From Acidobacteriota bacterium (GTDB taxonomy: Bacteria; Acidobacteriota; UBA4820; DSQY01): a stretch of DNA of 64,000 bases. The notes beneath the pieces were generated by a model, which saw only the letters and a program-made list of their open reading frames with translations, ran no database searches and was not told the DNA's origin. The position numbers were made by a program, and so were the translations under genes. Shown piece after piece: positions 17,482 through 26,636 of this stretch; position 1 is the stretch's first letter; each line of letters starts with the position of its first letter. Where the stretch lies: contig JAJYCJ010000002.1 in NCBI GenBank assembly GCA_021778515.1, positions 1,542 to 65,541 on the forward strand. Direction: 5' to 3'.

Positions 17482-18277
17482 GCTGCTCCTCCCCGGCGAT
17501 CTCCGGAGGGACCCCTTCTCCGGCCGGGGAGCCCCGCCTGATCAGCTTGGTCCACACCCAGCCAGCCGGGCCCGATAGGGCGTACCCGACGGCGAGGAGG
17601 AGCAGGATGAGCGTCGGGTAGAGGGCTACGAGCACCAGCACCAATGCCAGCACGAAGACGAGCCGCGACGGCCGCCTTTCGCGCCAGTCGAACTCCTTGA
17701 ACGACCGGTAGCGAATCGTGCTCACCATGAGCCACGAAAGCGCCACCACATAGGCCAGAGCCGCCGCCTTGAAGGCTGGCGGCAGCCCCTCGGGCAAAAA
17801 GTAGAGCGGGAGAACGGCGGCGGCCGCGCCAGCGGGGATCGGTAGCCCCACGAAGTAGCGCTTGTCCAGCTTGGCGGCCTGGACGTTGAACCTCGCCAAT
17901 CGCAGGGCCCCCGCCACCGGCAGTAGAAAGGCGAAGAGCCACCCCGTGCGCCCAAGGTCCGCGAAGCCCCAGTGGTAGAGAATCAGAGCCGGCGCGAGAC
18001 CGAAGGAGAGGAAGTCGGACAGCGAATCCAGCTCCTTTCCGAATTCGCTGGAGGTGCCCGTCATCCGTGCAATACGCCCATCCAGGCTGTCCAGGATGCC
18101 GGCCATGATGACCAGCGTGACGGCCCACTCGAACCTGTGCTTGGAACCAAGGATGATGGCGTAGTAACCGCAGAACATGTTGGCGACGGTGAAGAGCGAA
18201 GGAAGAGCGGCCACGCCCCTCCGGATGGGGATGGGCCGGCCGACCCGGGCGAGGGGTCCCAGGTGCCTCGGGGTCAT
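17471..18277 (-). CDS. pssA: CDP-diacylglycerol--serine O-phosphatidyltransferase
   Basis: CDP-alcohol phosphatidyltransferase motif DSLDGRIARMTGTSSEFGKELDSLSD with multiple TM segments. ATG 18277 (MTPRHLG) overlaps the psd stop. Confidence 0.9.
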   Translation of the reverse strand: MTPRHLGPLARVGRPIPIRRGVAALPSLFTVANMFCGYYAIILGSKHRFEWAVTLVIMAGILDSLDGRIARMTGTSSEFGKELDSLSDFLSFGLAPALILYHWGFADLGRTGWLFAFLLPVAGALRLARFNVQAAKLDKRYFVGLPIPAGAAAAVLPLYFLPEGLPPAFKAAALAYVVALSWLMVSTIRYRSFKEFDWRERRPSRLVFVLALVLVLVALYPTLILLLLAVGYALSGPAGWVWTKLIRRGSPAGEGVPPEIAGEEQHEP

Positions 18278-18891
18278 CGGCCCACGCTCCAGCGGGCCAC
18301 CGGTGTGCGGCCCGCCCGCACCCGCTCCCCCGGCGCGACGAGAAGTTCCACCTCGCCGGGCGGGAGCAGCAGGTCCACCCTCGAGCCGAACCGGATCAGG
18401 CCGATCCTTTCGCCCCGCCTGAACTGCCGGTCCTTGACAGCCCAACACACGATCCTTCTGGCGATCAGGCCCGCGATGAGAACGACTTCGACCGGGCCAT
18501 GTTCGGTCCTCAACTGGATCCTGACCTGCTCGTTGTCAAGGGAGGCCTTGTCGTTCCATGCGGCCAGGAACTTGCCCGGGTTGTACAACGAGGCCGAGAC
18601 CCGGCTGTCGGAGGGTGCGCGATTGACGTGCACGTTGAACACCGACATGAAGATGCTGATCTTGGCGTGCTCCCCTTCCCTTCTGGCGATGAGGATGCGT
18701 CCGTCCGCCGGGGCCACAATCAAATGCCCGTCCGGCGGCGGATGCCGTTCCGGATCGCGAAAGAAGGCGCACACGCACAGACTCACGAGCAGGAGTGCGC
18801 CGCACCAGACGGGATACCCCAGGACCGCCAGCGCCACGCCGGCTACGGCCGGAGGTCCGGCAAACGGAAAGGCTTCTTCTCGAACGGGCAT
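18274..18891 (-). CDS. psd: phosphatidylserine decarboxylase (short, archaeal-type proenzyme)
   Basis: ...IVAPADGRI...FMSVFNVHVNRAPSDSRV...GERIGLIRFGSRVDLLLP (GS self-cleavage site). ATG 18891 (MPVREEAF). Confidence 0.85.
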   Translation of the reverse strand: MPVREEAFPFAGPPAVAGVALAVLGYPVWCGALLLVSLCVCAFFRDPERHPPPDGHLIVAPADGRILIARREGEHAKISIFMSVFNVHVNRAPSDSRVSASLYNPGKFLAAWNDKASLDNEQVRIQLRTEHGPVEVVLIAGLIARRIVCWAVKDRQFRRGERIGLIRFGSRVDLLLPPGEVELLVAPGERVRAGRTPVARWSVGR

Positions 18892-19017
18892 ACGGCCTCC
18901 CCCTGTGCTTATTATCACCCGAAGGTGGGAGTTAGGGAAGGTGTGACTTTCGCATCTGAGTTCACCAAGAGCGCAAGAAACTGGAAGCGGAAAAACCCCG
19001 CCAATGGCCCACCGCCC

Positions 19018-19047
19018 TTGACGGGAAGCCGCTAACTGTGGTATTCT
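19018..19047 (+). promoter_or_regulatory. sigma70-type promoter candidate for yceD-rpmF-plsX-fab operon
   Basis: TTGACG - 18 nt - TATTCT with TGG immediately upstream of the -10 box (extended -10-like), 28 nt before the yceD ATG. Confidence 0.45.
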
Positions 19048-19074
19048 GTTGCGCTTAGGAGGAGCCATCGCGCC

Positions 19075-19596
19075 ATGTGGATCCGTTTTTCAGATGTGGT
19101 CCAGCCGGTAGAGTTCCACGAGCGCGTGGCGCCTTTCCGGGTGGAGCTCGGCTTCAACTACGAGGCTACCGTCACCCCGGGCGAGCTCTCGTTGCTGGTT
19201 GAACCGTGGAAGGGTGCCCACAAGCTGGACGGGAAGTTCGATTATTCGGCCGTGGCCCCCTGTTCCCGCTGCCTCGCGCCGGCCTCCATGACCGGGACCT
19301 GCGCATTCTCTCTCGAATATAGGCCCGCCGCCCAGGCACCCGTGGAAGAGGCCGTGGACGTTTCTAGCGGATCTGACGAAATCACGTACTATGACGAGGA
19401 TATTCTGCAGCTCGAAGACCTCATGGCCCAGCAGATGTACCTGGAAATGCCGGAGAAGATCCTCTGCCGTGAGGACTGCAAAGGCTTGTGCCCCCGTTGC
19501 GGTGCCGACCTGAACCAGGGTCCCTGCGCTTGCCCCCCCGATCCTGATTTGCGCTGGATCCCCCTGGCTCACTTCGTCTCCCCACGAAAGGAGTAA
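19075..19596 (+). CDS. yceD: YceD/DUF177 family ribosome-maturation protein
   Basis: C-terminal CREDCKGLCPRCGADLNQGPCAC motif and the conserved position immediately upstream of rpmF. Confidence 0.85.
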   Translation: MWIRFSDVVQPVEFHERVAPFRVELGFNYEATVTPGELSLLVEPWKGAHKLDGKFDYSAVAPCSRCLAPASMTGTCAFSLEYRPAAQAPVEEAVDVSSGSDEITYYDEDILQLEDLMAQQMYLEMPEKILCREDCKGLCPRCGADLNQGPCACPPDPDLRWIPLAHFVSPRKE

Positions 19597-19599
19597 CCC

Positions 19600-19782
19600 A
19601 TGCCCAACCCCAGACGCCGCCATTCGAAAACCCGCAGGGATAAGCGCCGCACCGGCGACGCCCTGAGTCTGCCCAACCTGGTGGACTGCCCCCAGTGCCA
19701 CGAGAAACGGCCGCCGCATCAGGTTTGCCCCGCGTGCGGCCACTACGACGGACGCGCCGTCATTGAAGTCAAGGAAACCTGA
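19600..19782 (+). CDS. rpmF: 50S ribosomal protein L32
   Basis: MPNPRRRHSKTRRDKRR...CPQCHEKRPPHQVCPACGHY. Confidence 0.95.
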   Translation: MPNPRRRHSKTRRDKRRTGDALSLPNLVDCPQCHEKRPPHQVCPACGHYDGRAVIEVKET

Positions 19783-19789
19783 GGGTTGA

Positions 19790-20824
19790 ATGACCATCCG
19801 CATCGCTCTTGACGCGATGGGGGGGGACCGGGCTCCACTTCCCGAGGTCATCGGCGCGGTGGAGGCCTATCGGCGATTCGGCGTCCGGACCGTCCTCGTC
19901 GGGGACGAGCCGCGGCTCAGGCGCGAACTCGCCCAGCTCAAAGCCGAGGAGGAGGGGCTCTCCGTGGTGCACGCCGAGGAGGTCGTCACCATGGACGACC
20001 CCCCCATGACGCCCATCCGCAAGAAGCGGAGGAGCTCCCTGCGCATCGCCGCCGAAATGGTCAAGGCCGGTGAGGCCCAGGGGTTGGTCTCGGCCGGAAA
20101 CACGGGCGCCGTCATGGCCACGGCCAAACTGGTGATCGGCGGCATCGAGGTCGTGGAAAGGCCCGCGCTGGCCACCTGGCTGCCGCACGCCAAGGGCGCC
20201 TCCCTCATCCTGGATGTTGGGGCCAACAGCGACTGCAAGCCCTCCCAGCTCCTTCAGTTCGCGATCATGGGGAGCATCTACGCCTCTCAGGTCACCGGCA
20301 TCGAGCACCCGCGCGTGGGCCTCCTCTCCATCGGGGAGGAGGACATCAAGGGCAACGACCTGACCAAGGAGGTGTTCAAACTCCTCCAGCAGGCGGACAT
20401 CAATTTTACGGGCAACGTGGAGGCGCACGGGCTCTTCGGAGGCGAGGCCGACGTCATCGTCACGGACGGATTCACCGGAAACGTGGTGCTGAAGACCGGC
20501 GAGTCGGTTTACGAATACATTGGACAGACGCTCAGGGAGGGCTTTCAGCAAAGCGCCATCTCCAAGCTGGGATACCTTCTCTCCTCCAAGGTCTACAAGG
20601 GATTAAGGGCCAAGATGGATTACGCAGAGTACGGAGGGGCACTCCTCCTGGGCGTCCGGGCCGTCACCATCATTTGCCACGGCCGCTCCCAGCCCAAGGC
20701 CATCATGAACGCCCTCCGACTTGCCCGCGACTTCTGCCTCGCCGGGCTGAATCAGCGGATCATCGACCAGATTCACGCGCGTATGAAGGACACCCCCAAT
20801 GGCAAACGTTCGGTCGCGAATTAG
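19790..20824 (+). CDS. plsX: phosphate acyltransferase PlsX
   Basis: MTIRIALDAMGGDRAP...VSAGNTGAVMA...TDGFTGNVVLKT. Confidence 0.95.
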   Translation: MTIRIALDAMGGDRAPLPEVIGAVEAYRRFGVRTVLVGDEPRLRRELAQLKAEEEGLSVVHAEEVVTMDDPPMTPIRKKRRSSLRIAAEMVKAGEAQGLVSAGNTGAVMATAKLVIGGIEVVERPALATWLPHAKGASLILDVGANSDCKPSQLLQFAIMGSIYASQVTGIEHPRVGLLSIGEEDIKGNDLTKEVFKLLQQADINFTGNVEAHGLFGGEADVIVTDGFTGNVVLKTGESVYEYIGQTLREGFQQSAISKLGYLLSSKVYKGLRAKMDYAEYGGALLLGVRAVTIICHGRSQPKAIMNALRLARDFCLAGLNQRIIDQIHARMKDTPNGKRSVAN

Positions 20825-21785
20825 CGGCACGGGACACTCCCTCCCGCAGAAGGTCCTGACCAACGCCGACCTAGAAAAGATGGTGGATACGACCGACGAG
20901 TGGATCACCGCTCGAACGGGTATCCGAGAGCGGCGAATCGCCGCTGAGAACGAGTACCTCTCCCTGTTCGTGGCCGAGGCCTCTCGCCGTGCCCTGGAGA
21001 TGGCCGGCCTGAAGGCGGATGAACTCGACCTGATCATCGTCGCCACGGTGACCCCCGATCAGCCCATCCCCTCGACCGCCTGCTTCGTCCAGCACATGAT
21101 CGGCGCCAAGAAGGCGGCCGCCTTCGACATGGCGGCGGGCTGCTCGGGCTTCATCTACGCCATCACCGTCGGGGACAGCTTCGTCCGCAACGGACTCGCC
21201 CGCCACGTCCTCGTGGTCGGGGCGGAGATTCTCTCCAAGTTCGTGGACTGGCATGACCGCGCCACGTGCGTCCTCTTCGCGGACGGCGCGGGAGCCGTGG
21301 TCCTATCGGCGGAGGAGAACGGCCGGGGGCTCCTCTCCTCGGCCATCCACGCCGACGGCTCCATGGCCGAATTCATCACCCTGCCCGGCGGAGGCTCCAA
21401 GATCCCCGTGAGCCACGCCATGATCGACGCCAACCTCCACACGATCAAGATGAAGGGCAACGAGACCTTCAAGATCGCCGTCCGCTCCCTTGAATCGGTC
21501 TGCCGCGAGGCCATCGAACGGGCGGGCCTCACCCCGGCGGACGTGCGCTGGTTCGTACCCCACCAGGCCAACGTGAGGATCATCAGCGCCGTCGCTGAGC
21601 GCCTCGGCTGGCCGCCCGAGACCATCTACCTCAACATCGACCGCATCGGGAACACCTCCGCCGCCTCCATCCCCATCGCGCTGGACGAACTGGTGCGCTC
21701 CGGGAAGGTGCAGCCGGGCGACATCCTCCTTTTCGCCGCCTTCGGTGCCGGTCTCACCTGGGGTTCCGGATTGATCCGCTGGTAG
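20799..21785 (+). CDS. fabH: 3-oxoacyl-ACP synthase III
   Basis: ...DEWITARTGIRERR...AAGCSGFIYA...VPHQANVRII...GNTSAASIP.... Confidence 0.95.
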   Translation: MANVRSRISGTGHSLPQKVLTNADLEKMVDTTDEWITARTGIRERRIAAENEYLSLFVAEASRRALEMAGLKADELDLIIVATVTPDQPIPSTACFVQHMIGAKKAAAFDMAAGCSGFIYAITVGDSFVRNGLARHVLVVGAEILSKFVDWHDRATCVLFADGAGAVVLSAEENGRGLLSSAIHADGSMAEFITLPGGGSKIPVSHAMIDANLHTIKMKGNETFKIAVRSLESVCREAIERAGLTPADVRWFVPHQANVRIISAVAERLGWPPETIYLNIDRIGNTSAASIPIALDELVRSGKVQPGDILLFAAFGAGLTWGSGLIRW

Positions 21786-21850
21786 GGAGCGGCGACGGGC
21801 GCCGCAACGGTGCCAGCGGCGTTTCTGAACCCAGTCATCGCGCCTTAGGG

Positions 21851-22795
21851 GTGTCCATGAAGATCGCCGTCGTCTTTCCTGGTCAGGCTTCTCAGTACGT
21901 GGGCATGGGGAAGGGCCTCTCCGAGACCTTCGCCGAGTCGGCCGAGGTGTTCGCGCACGCGGACGCGGCCCTGGAGGCGGATTTTCGCAAGCTCCTCTGG
22001 GATGGGCCAGCCGAAGCCCTGAATCTCACCGAAAACACACAGCCCGCCGTCCTGACGGTCTCCTTGGCGGCCTGGGCGGCCCTCATGAGTGTCAAACCCG
22101 GCCTCGCGCCCGCCTACTTCGCGGGCCACTCCCTCGGCGAGTACAGCGCCCTCGTGGCCGCCGGCTCCGTTCCCTTGGCGGAAGCCTTGAGAATCGTTCG
22201 CCATCGTGGACAGTTCATGCAAGAGGCCGTCCCCGTTGGGGTGGGCGCCATGGCCGCCCTGATGGGCATCGAGATCGACGCGGTCCGGCAGGCCTGCTCC
22301 CAGGCGGCCCAGGGCCAGGTCGTCAGCCCGGCCAACGACAACGCTCCGGGACAGGTGGTCATCGCCGGCCACGCCGAGGCCGTCAACAGGGCCGTGGAGA
22401 TGGCCAAGGCGCTCGGCTGCCGCAAAGCCGTCCTCTTGCCCGTCTCGGCCCCGTTCCACTGCTCCCTCATGGCCCCCGCGCGCGAGCGCCTCACACCCGA
22501 GTTCGAAGCCCTCGCATTCTCGGATCCTAGGTGGCCCGTGGTGGCCAACGTGGACGCCGCCCCCACCACGGAAGGGGCGTCGGCCCGCGCCAAACTCATC
22601 GCGCAGGTGGATTCGCCCGTACGGTGGCGCGAGACCCTGCTCTTCCTGCAAAGCCAGGGCGTGGATACGATTCTGGAGGTGGGCCCTGGCACCGTCCTCT
22701 GCGGCTTGGCCAAACGGGTCAACCGGGATTGGAAGCTCCTGAACGTGGAGTCTCCGGAGAGCCTGGACAAGGCACTCGCGGGGCTCCAGGGCTGA
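21851..22795 (+). CDS. fabD: malonyl-CoA:ACP transacylase
   Basis: KIAVVFPGQASQYVGMG, GHSLGEYSAL, SAPFHCSLM. Confidence 0.95.
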   Translation: MSMKIAVVFPGQASQYVGMGKGLSETFAESAEVFAHADAALEADFRKLLWDGPAEALNLTENTQPAVLTVSLAAWAALMSVKPGLAPAYFAGHSLGEYSALVAAGSVPLAEALRIVRHRGQFMQEAVPVGVGAMAALMGIEIDAVRQACSQAAQGQVVSPANDNAPGQVVIAGHAEAVNRAVEMAKALGCRKAVLLPVSAPFHCSLMAPARERLTPEFEALAFSDPRWPVVANVDAAPTTEGASARAKLIAQVDSPVRWRETLLFLQSQGVDTILEVGPGTVLCGLAKRVNRDWKLLNVESPESLDKALAGLQG

Positions 22796-22843
22796 TCGGG
22801 GGAAGGGCCCCCACACTGCACCGACACACCGAGGGAGGCGAAC

Positions 22844-23587
22844 ATGGCTCGTTTTTCAGATCGCGTAGCGCTCGTGTCCGGAGCTGCCCAGGGAATAGGC
22901 CTCGCCATCGTGGAGATACTGGCCGGCGAAGGTGCCCGCGTTTTCGGCGGCGACCTCAACCTCGCGGGTATGACCCAGTCCGCGCAAGCGCTATCGGCCC
23001 GCGGCCTGAAGGTCATCCCCATGGAGCTCAACGTCTCCGACCGCGCCTCCTGCGAAGCGGCCGTCCAGGCGGTCTCGGAACAGGCCGGGCGCCTGGATCT
23101 GCTGGTCAACAACGCGGGCATAACACGCGATGCCCTGCTGATGCGCATGAAGCCGGAGGACTGGGACGCCGTCCTTTCCGTCAATCTGACGGGCACCTTC
23201 AACCTCAGCCAGGCCGCCCTCAAACCCATGATGGCCGAGCGCTTCGGCCGCATAGTGAACATCGCCTCCGTGGTGGGTCTCATGGGGAATGCGGGACAGG
23301 CCAACTACGTGGCCAGCAAGGCCGGCATCATCGGGCTCACCAAGGTGACCGCTCGCGAGCTCGCCAGCCGAAACATCACCTGCAACGCGGTGGCCCCGGG
23401 GTTCATCGTGACGGCCATGACCGACAAGCTCACGGAGCAGCAGAAGGAGCAGATGGCCTCGATCATCCCCATGAAACGATTCGGCAGCGCCGAGGACATC
23501 GCGCGCGCCGTGGCCTTTCTGCTCAGTGACGACGCGGGCTACATCACGGGCCAGACCCTCTCGGTGAACGGCGGAATGTACATGTGA
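22844..23587 (+). CDS. fabG: 3-oxoacyl-ACP reductase
   Basis: SDR motifs: VSGAAQGIG, NNAGIT, YVASKAGIIGLTK. Confidence 0.95.
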   Translation: MARFSDRVALVSGAAQGIGLAIVEILAGEGARVFGGDLNLAGMTQSAQALSARGLKVIPMELNVSDRASCEAAVQAVSEQAGRLDLLVNNAGITRDALLMRMKPEDWDAVLSVNLTGTFNLSQAALKPMMAERFGRIVNIASVVGLMGNAGQANYVASKAGIIGLTKVTARELASRNITCNAVAPGFIVTAMTDKLTEQQKEQMASIIPMKRFGSAEDIARAVAFLLSDDAGYITGQTLSVNGGMYM

Positions 23588-23684
23588 CGGCCGGGGCCGC
23601 GAGGCGGCCCCGCCACCTTGCTCCTCCCTGAGCCTTTATGGGTCTCGCCTCCCGTGTCATGATGCGCGCTGGAGGTGTTCCCGT

Positions 23685-25439
23685 ATGGCTCAGGCAAGAA
23701 TTCCTCTCGCCGCCCTTCTCCTTGCCCTCGCCACACCTCTGTTTGCGGCTCCTCCCGCGGGCCGATCTTTCGACAACTCCCTGTGTGACTCCATCTGCGG
23801 CGCGCGCAACTTTCACGTGGAGGAGAGCGCCCTCAAGGCGAAGGAGCTTTTCGAGAGGGCTCGGACTGAGGCCGCCGGAGTCCAGCCCCACCAGGCACTG
23901 GATATCGAACACTATCGCCTCGACATCCATCTCGACCCCGCCGCGCGTACGATCCAAGGCACGGTCACGCTTACCTTTCACCCCACGGCCCCCCTCGGCC
24001 AGCTCCGCCTTCGCCTCCACCCCGCCCTGAAGATGGACGGCGCCTCTCTGGATGGAACCGGTCTGTCGACGGTCAGCCGAAGGGGCTCCAACGTGACGCT
24101 CGCCTTCGCGCCGCGATTGCTCCCCGCGAGCCGGCACGAAATCGCGGTCTCTTACAGTGGTTCTCCGGTGACCACCTCGGGCCTGGGCGGCGGCATGCTT
24201 TTCGCCAGCCACGCCGGGGTCCCCAGCGCCACCACTCTGTCCGAGCCCTTCGATTCCTATGCCTGGTGGCCCTGCGTGGATGACGTGGACGACAAAGCCA
24301 CGCTGGATATGATTCTCACGGTGCCCTCCGGCATGGTCGGGGCTTCCAACGGCACCCTCCAGGAGGTGTTCAACAACCCCGACGGCACCCAGACCTACCA
24401 CTGGAGGGAATCCTACCCCATCGCCAACTATCTGATCTCGGCCAACGTCACCAATTATGCCTTCTTCTCGGATACCTACACGGCGCTGAACGGCTCGACC
24501 ACCATGCCGGTCACCTACTACGTCTATCCCGAGTCCCTTCCATCGGCCACGGGGAACGTGCAGGCCGTTCCGGACATGATCCGCTACTTTGCAGAGCTCT
24601 GTGGGGAATACCCCTTCATCGACGAAAAGTACGGAATGGTGGCCTTTCCCTGGGGCGGCGGCATGGAGCATCAGACGCTCACGAGCATGGGAGACGCCTT
24701 CCTGGGGCGGTCGGGGAATTTCGAGGGCATCTACGCCCACGAGCTGGCCCACCAGTGGTGGGGGGACGAGGTGACCTGCGGCACCTGGAACGACATCTGG
24801 CTGAACGAGGGCTTCGCCACCTACTTCGAAGTGCTCTGGCTCGCACGCTCCAACGGGCTCTCGGAGAGCGACGTCATCAGCCAGTACGACGACGGGGCCT
24901 ACAACGGCTACCTGGGCGGCAGCGTTTACGTCACCGATGGGAACAAACCCTTCGCGGACACGGGCGCCATCTACGACAAGGGGGCCTGGGTTCTCCACAT
25001 GCTGCGCCACGTCGTGGGAGAATCGGCCTTCTGGCAAGGCCTGGCCGACTACCGCCAGGCCCAGGGTTACGGAAACGCCACGACGGACGATCTCCGACAC
25101 GCCTTCGAGGCGGCCTACGGACGCTCGCTCGCGTGGTTTTTCGACCAATGGGTCTACACCCCGAAGCGCCCCATCTACAGCCTCGCGTCCAGCCAAACCG
25201 GCAACACACTGACCGTCACCCTCGCCCAGAAGCAGAAGCACTTGGTGCGGCGGCGTTCCACCCACCGGGACACCTACATCATGCCCGTGGACCTGACCTT
25301 GCACTATCAGGACGGGAGTGAGGAGACGAGGAGCGTCTGGAACGACCAGCGGACCCAGACCTTCACCCTGCCGGTTAACCAGGACGTTGCGGCCGTAGGG
25401 CTCGACGAGGATCACTGGATTCTCAAGGTCGTACGTTAG
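23685..25439 (+). CDS. secreted M1-family zinc aminopeptidase
   Basis: Signal peptide MAQARIPLAALLLALATPLFAAP. Exopeptidase motif GGMEH, zinc motif HELAHQWWG plus WLNEGFATY. Confidence 0.9.
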   Translation: MAQARIPLAALLLALATPLFAAPPAGRSFDNSLCDSICGARNFHVEESALKAKELFERARTEAAGVQPHQALDIEHYRLDIHLDPAARTIQGTVTLTFHPTAPLGQLRLRLHPALKMDGASLDGTGLSTVSRRGSNVTLAFAPRLLPASRHEIAVSYSGSPVTTSGLGGGMLFASHAGVPSATTLSEPFDSYAWWPCVDDVDDKATLDMILTVPSGMVGASNGTLQEVFNNPDGTQTYHWRESYPIANYLISANVTNYAFFSDTYTALNGSTTMPVTYYVYPESLPSATGNVQAVPDMIRYFAELCGEYPFIDEKYGMVAFPWGGGMEHQTLTSMGDAFLGRSGNFEGIYAHELAHQWWGDEVTCGTWNDIWLNEGFATYFEVLWLARSNGLSESDVISQYDDGAYNGYLGGSVYVTDGNKPFADTGAIYDKGAWVLHMLRHVVGESAFWQGLADYRQAQGYGNATTDDLRHAFEAAYGRSLAWFFDQWVYTPKRPIYSLASSQTGNTLTVTLAQKQKHLVRRRSTHRDTYIMPVDLTLHYQDGSEETRSVWNDQRTQTFTLPVNQDVAAVGLDEDHWILKVVR

Positions 25440-25589
25440 AAGAAACCCCCGCCAGGCCTCGCTCTTCGCTCACGCTCTCGCGGCGGGGCTACGCCGTCTC
25501 CCGCCCTTCTCGTCCCCCCTTCTCGTGCCTTCGAGGAGCCCTGAGACACCGGTGGGGAGGGTCTCCCCTCCCCACCCAAGTACAACCTT

Positions 25590-25698
25590 TGGTGCCGAAG
25601 GGGGGACTCGAACCTACGCGGCCTAGAAGCCTCGCCGCTCACGAATCTCGCGGCTCCGTTTCAAGGCCGCCTACGGTTCCCGGGGCGGGTCCCTCGGC
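25590..25698 (-). pseudogene. tRNA-Leu-derived tRNA-like remnant (unit 1)
   Basis: Minus strand is 109 nt: GCCGAGGGACCCGCCCCGGGAACCGTAGGCGG...GTAGGTTCGAGTCCCCCCTTCGGCACCA. The 3' 25 nt are identical to the real tRNA. A complementary 5' acceptor half (GCCGAGG) and a D-arm-like GGAACCGTAGGCG are retained. The T-stem 5' half and the anticodon arm are not intact by eye. Confidence 0.35.
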
Positions 25699-25852
25699 TT
25701 GCCCCGCTTCGCTGCGAACGCTCGCTCTTCGCTCGCGTTCTCCCGGCGGGGCTACGCCATCTCCCGCCCTTCTCGTCCCCCCTTCTCGTGCCTTCGAGGA
25801 GCCCTGAGACACCGGTGGGGAGGGTCTCCCCTCCCCACCCAAGTACAACCTT

Positions 25853-25961
25853 TGGTGCCGAAGGGGGGACTCGAATCTACGCGGCCTAGAAGCCTCGCCG
25901 CTCGCGAGTCTCGCGGCTCCGTTTCAAGGCCGCCTACGGTTCCCGGGGCGGGTCCCTCGGC
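25853..25961 (-). pseudogene. tRNA-Leu-derived tRNA-like remnant (unit 2)
   Basis: Same 109-nt element as 25590-25698, with 3 substitutions (GAATC for GAACC; CGCGAGT for CACGAAT on the plus strand). Confidence 0.35.
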
Positions 25962-26115
25962 TTGCCCCGCTTCGCTGCGAACGCTCGCTCTTCGCTCGCG
26001 TCCTCGCGGCGGGGCTACGCCGTCTCCCGCCCTTCTCGTCCCCCCTTCTCGTGCCTTCGAGGAGACCGGAGACGTCAGCGGGGAGGGTTTCCCCTCCCCA
26101 CCCAAGTACAACCTT

Positions 26116-26202
26116 TGGTGCCGAAGGGGGGACTCGAACCCCCATGGTCTTGCGGCCGGTGGATTTTGAGTCCACTGCGTCTACCGGTTCCGCCACTTCG
26201 GC
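26116..26202 (-). tRNA. tRNA-Leu (anticodon CAA), CCA encoded
   Basis: Minus strand: GCCGAAGTGGCGGAACCGGTAGACGCAGTGGACTCAAAATCCACCGGCCGCAAGACCATGGGGGTTCGAGTCCCCCCTTCGGCACCA. It has a 7-bp acceptor stem, anticodon stem GTGGA/TCCAC with loop CTCAAAA, a long variable arm, and T-stem GGGGG/CCCCC. Confidence 0.9.
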
Positions 26203-26636
26203 CAAGGGGCCATTCTAGGAAGGATCGCCCGGTGCGTCAACCTCCGGAGAAATGCCAGCCGGGCGGCGATGCGGGTTTCCAGCCTCCAGACAGCCCCGCG
26301 CACGCGCATTTCTCGGCCGCCGGCTCATGCGCGAACGGTTTCGTGAATCCAAGGTTCCGATCCCGGGGCCAGGCAAAAGGTCGGCTGGAGCAGGCTCACC
26401 CCCGGACAGAGGAGCCGTCCACGAAGTAGAAGCGGTGGAATCAGCTCCTTTCGAGGGCCGCGAGCTCATCGGCGAGGACGGCACAGGAGCGGCAGCGGCA
26501 GCATGGCGCTCCGCTCGGTGTCGGCGGAAATCCGCAACACCTTCCTCGATGGCCTCAAGGGGGATTTGAGTGACTACCCTCCGGGGAGGGAAGAGCCGAC
26601 GTCGAAGGCGGGCCGCGCCGATGGCGGGAGTATTCC

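Larger units (their letters stand above)
25458..26140. repeat. tandem repeat, 263-bp unit, about 2.6 copies, abutting and including the 3' end of tRNA-Leu
   Basis: TGGTGCCGAAGGGGGGACTCGAA occurs at 25590, 25853 and 26116 (period exactly 263). The intervening sequence is near-identical between units. Each unit carries the hairpin GGGGAGGG-N4-CCCTCCCC. Confidence 0.9.

Noticed and set aside
23544-25415. 623-aa minus-strand ORF
   Set aside because: It is antisense to the M1 aminopeptidase gene, which carries unambiguous GGMEH/HELAH motifs.
25458-26140. Possibility that the periodic repeats are a CRISPR array
   Set aside because: The unit is 263 bp with no short repeat/unique spacer organisation. 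The whole unit is repeated, and no cas genes are present in the window.
25589-26169. Several 70-156-aa ORFs on both strands across the tRNA-Leu repeat region
   Set aside because: They repeat only because the DNA repeats. They are Arg/Pro/Ser-rich with no starts or RBS, and they overlap the tRNA-like elements.
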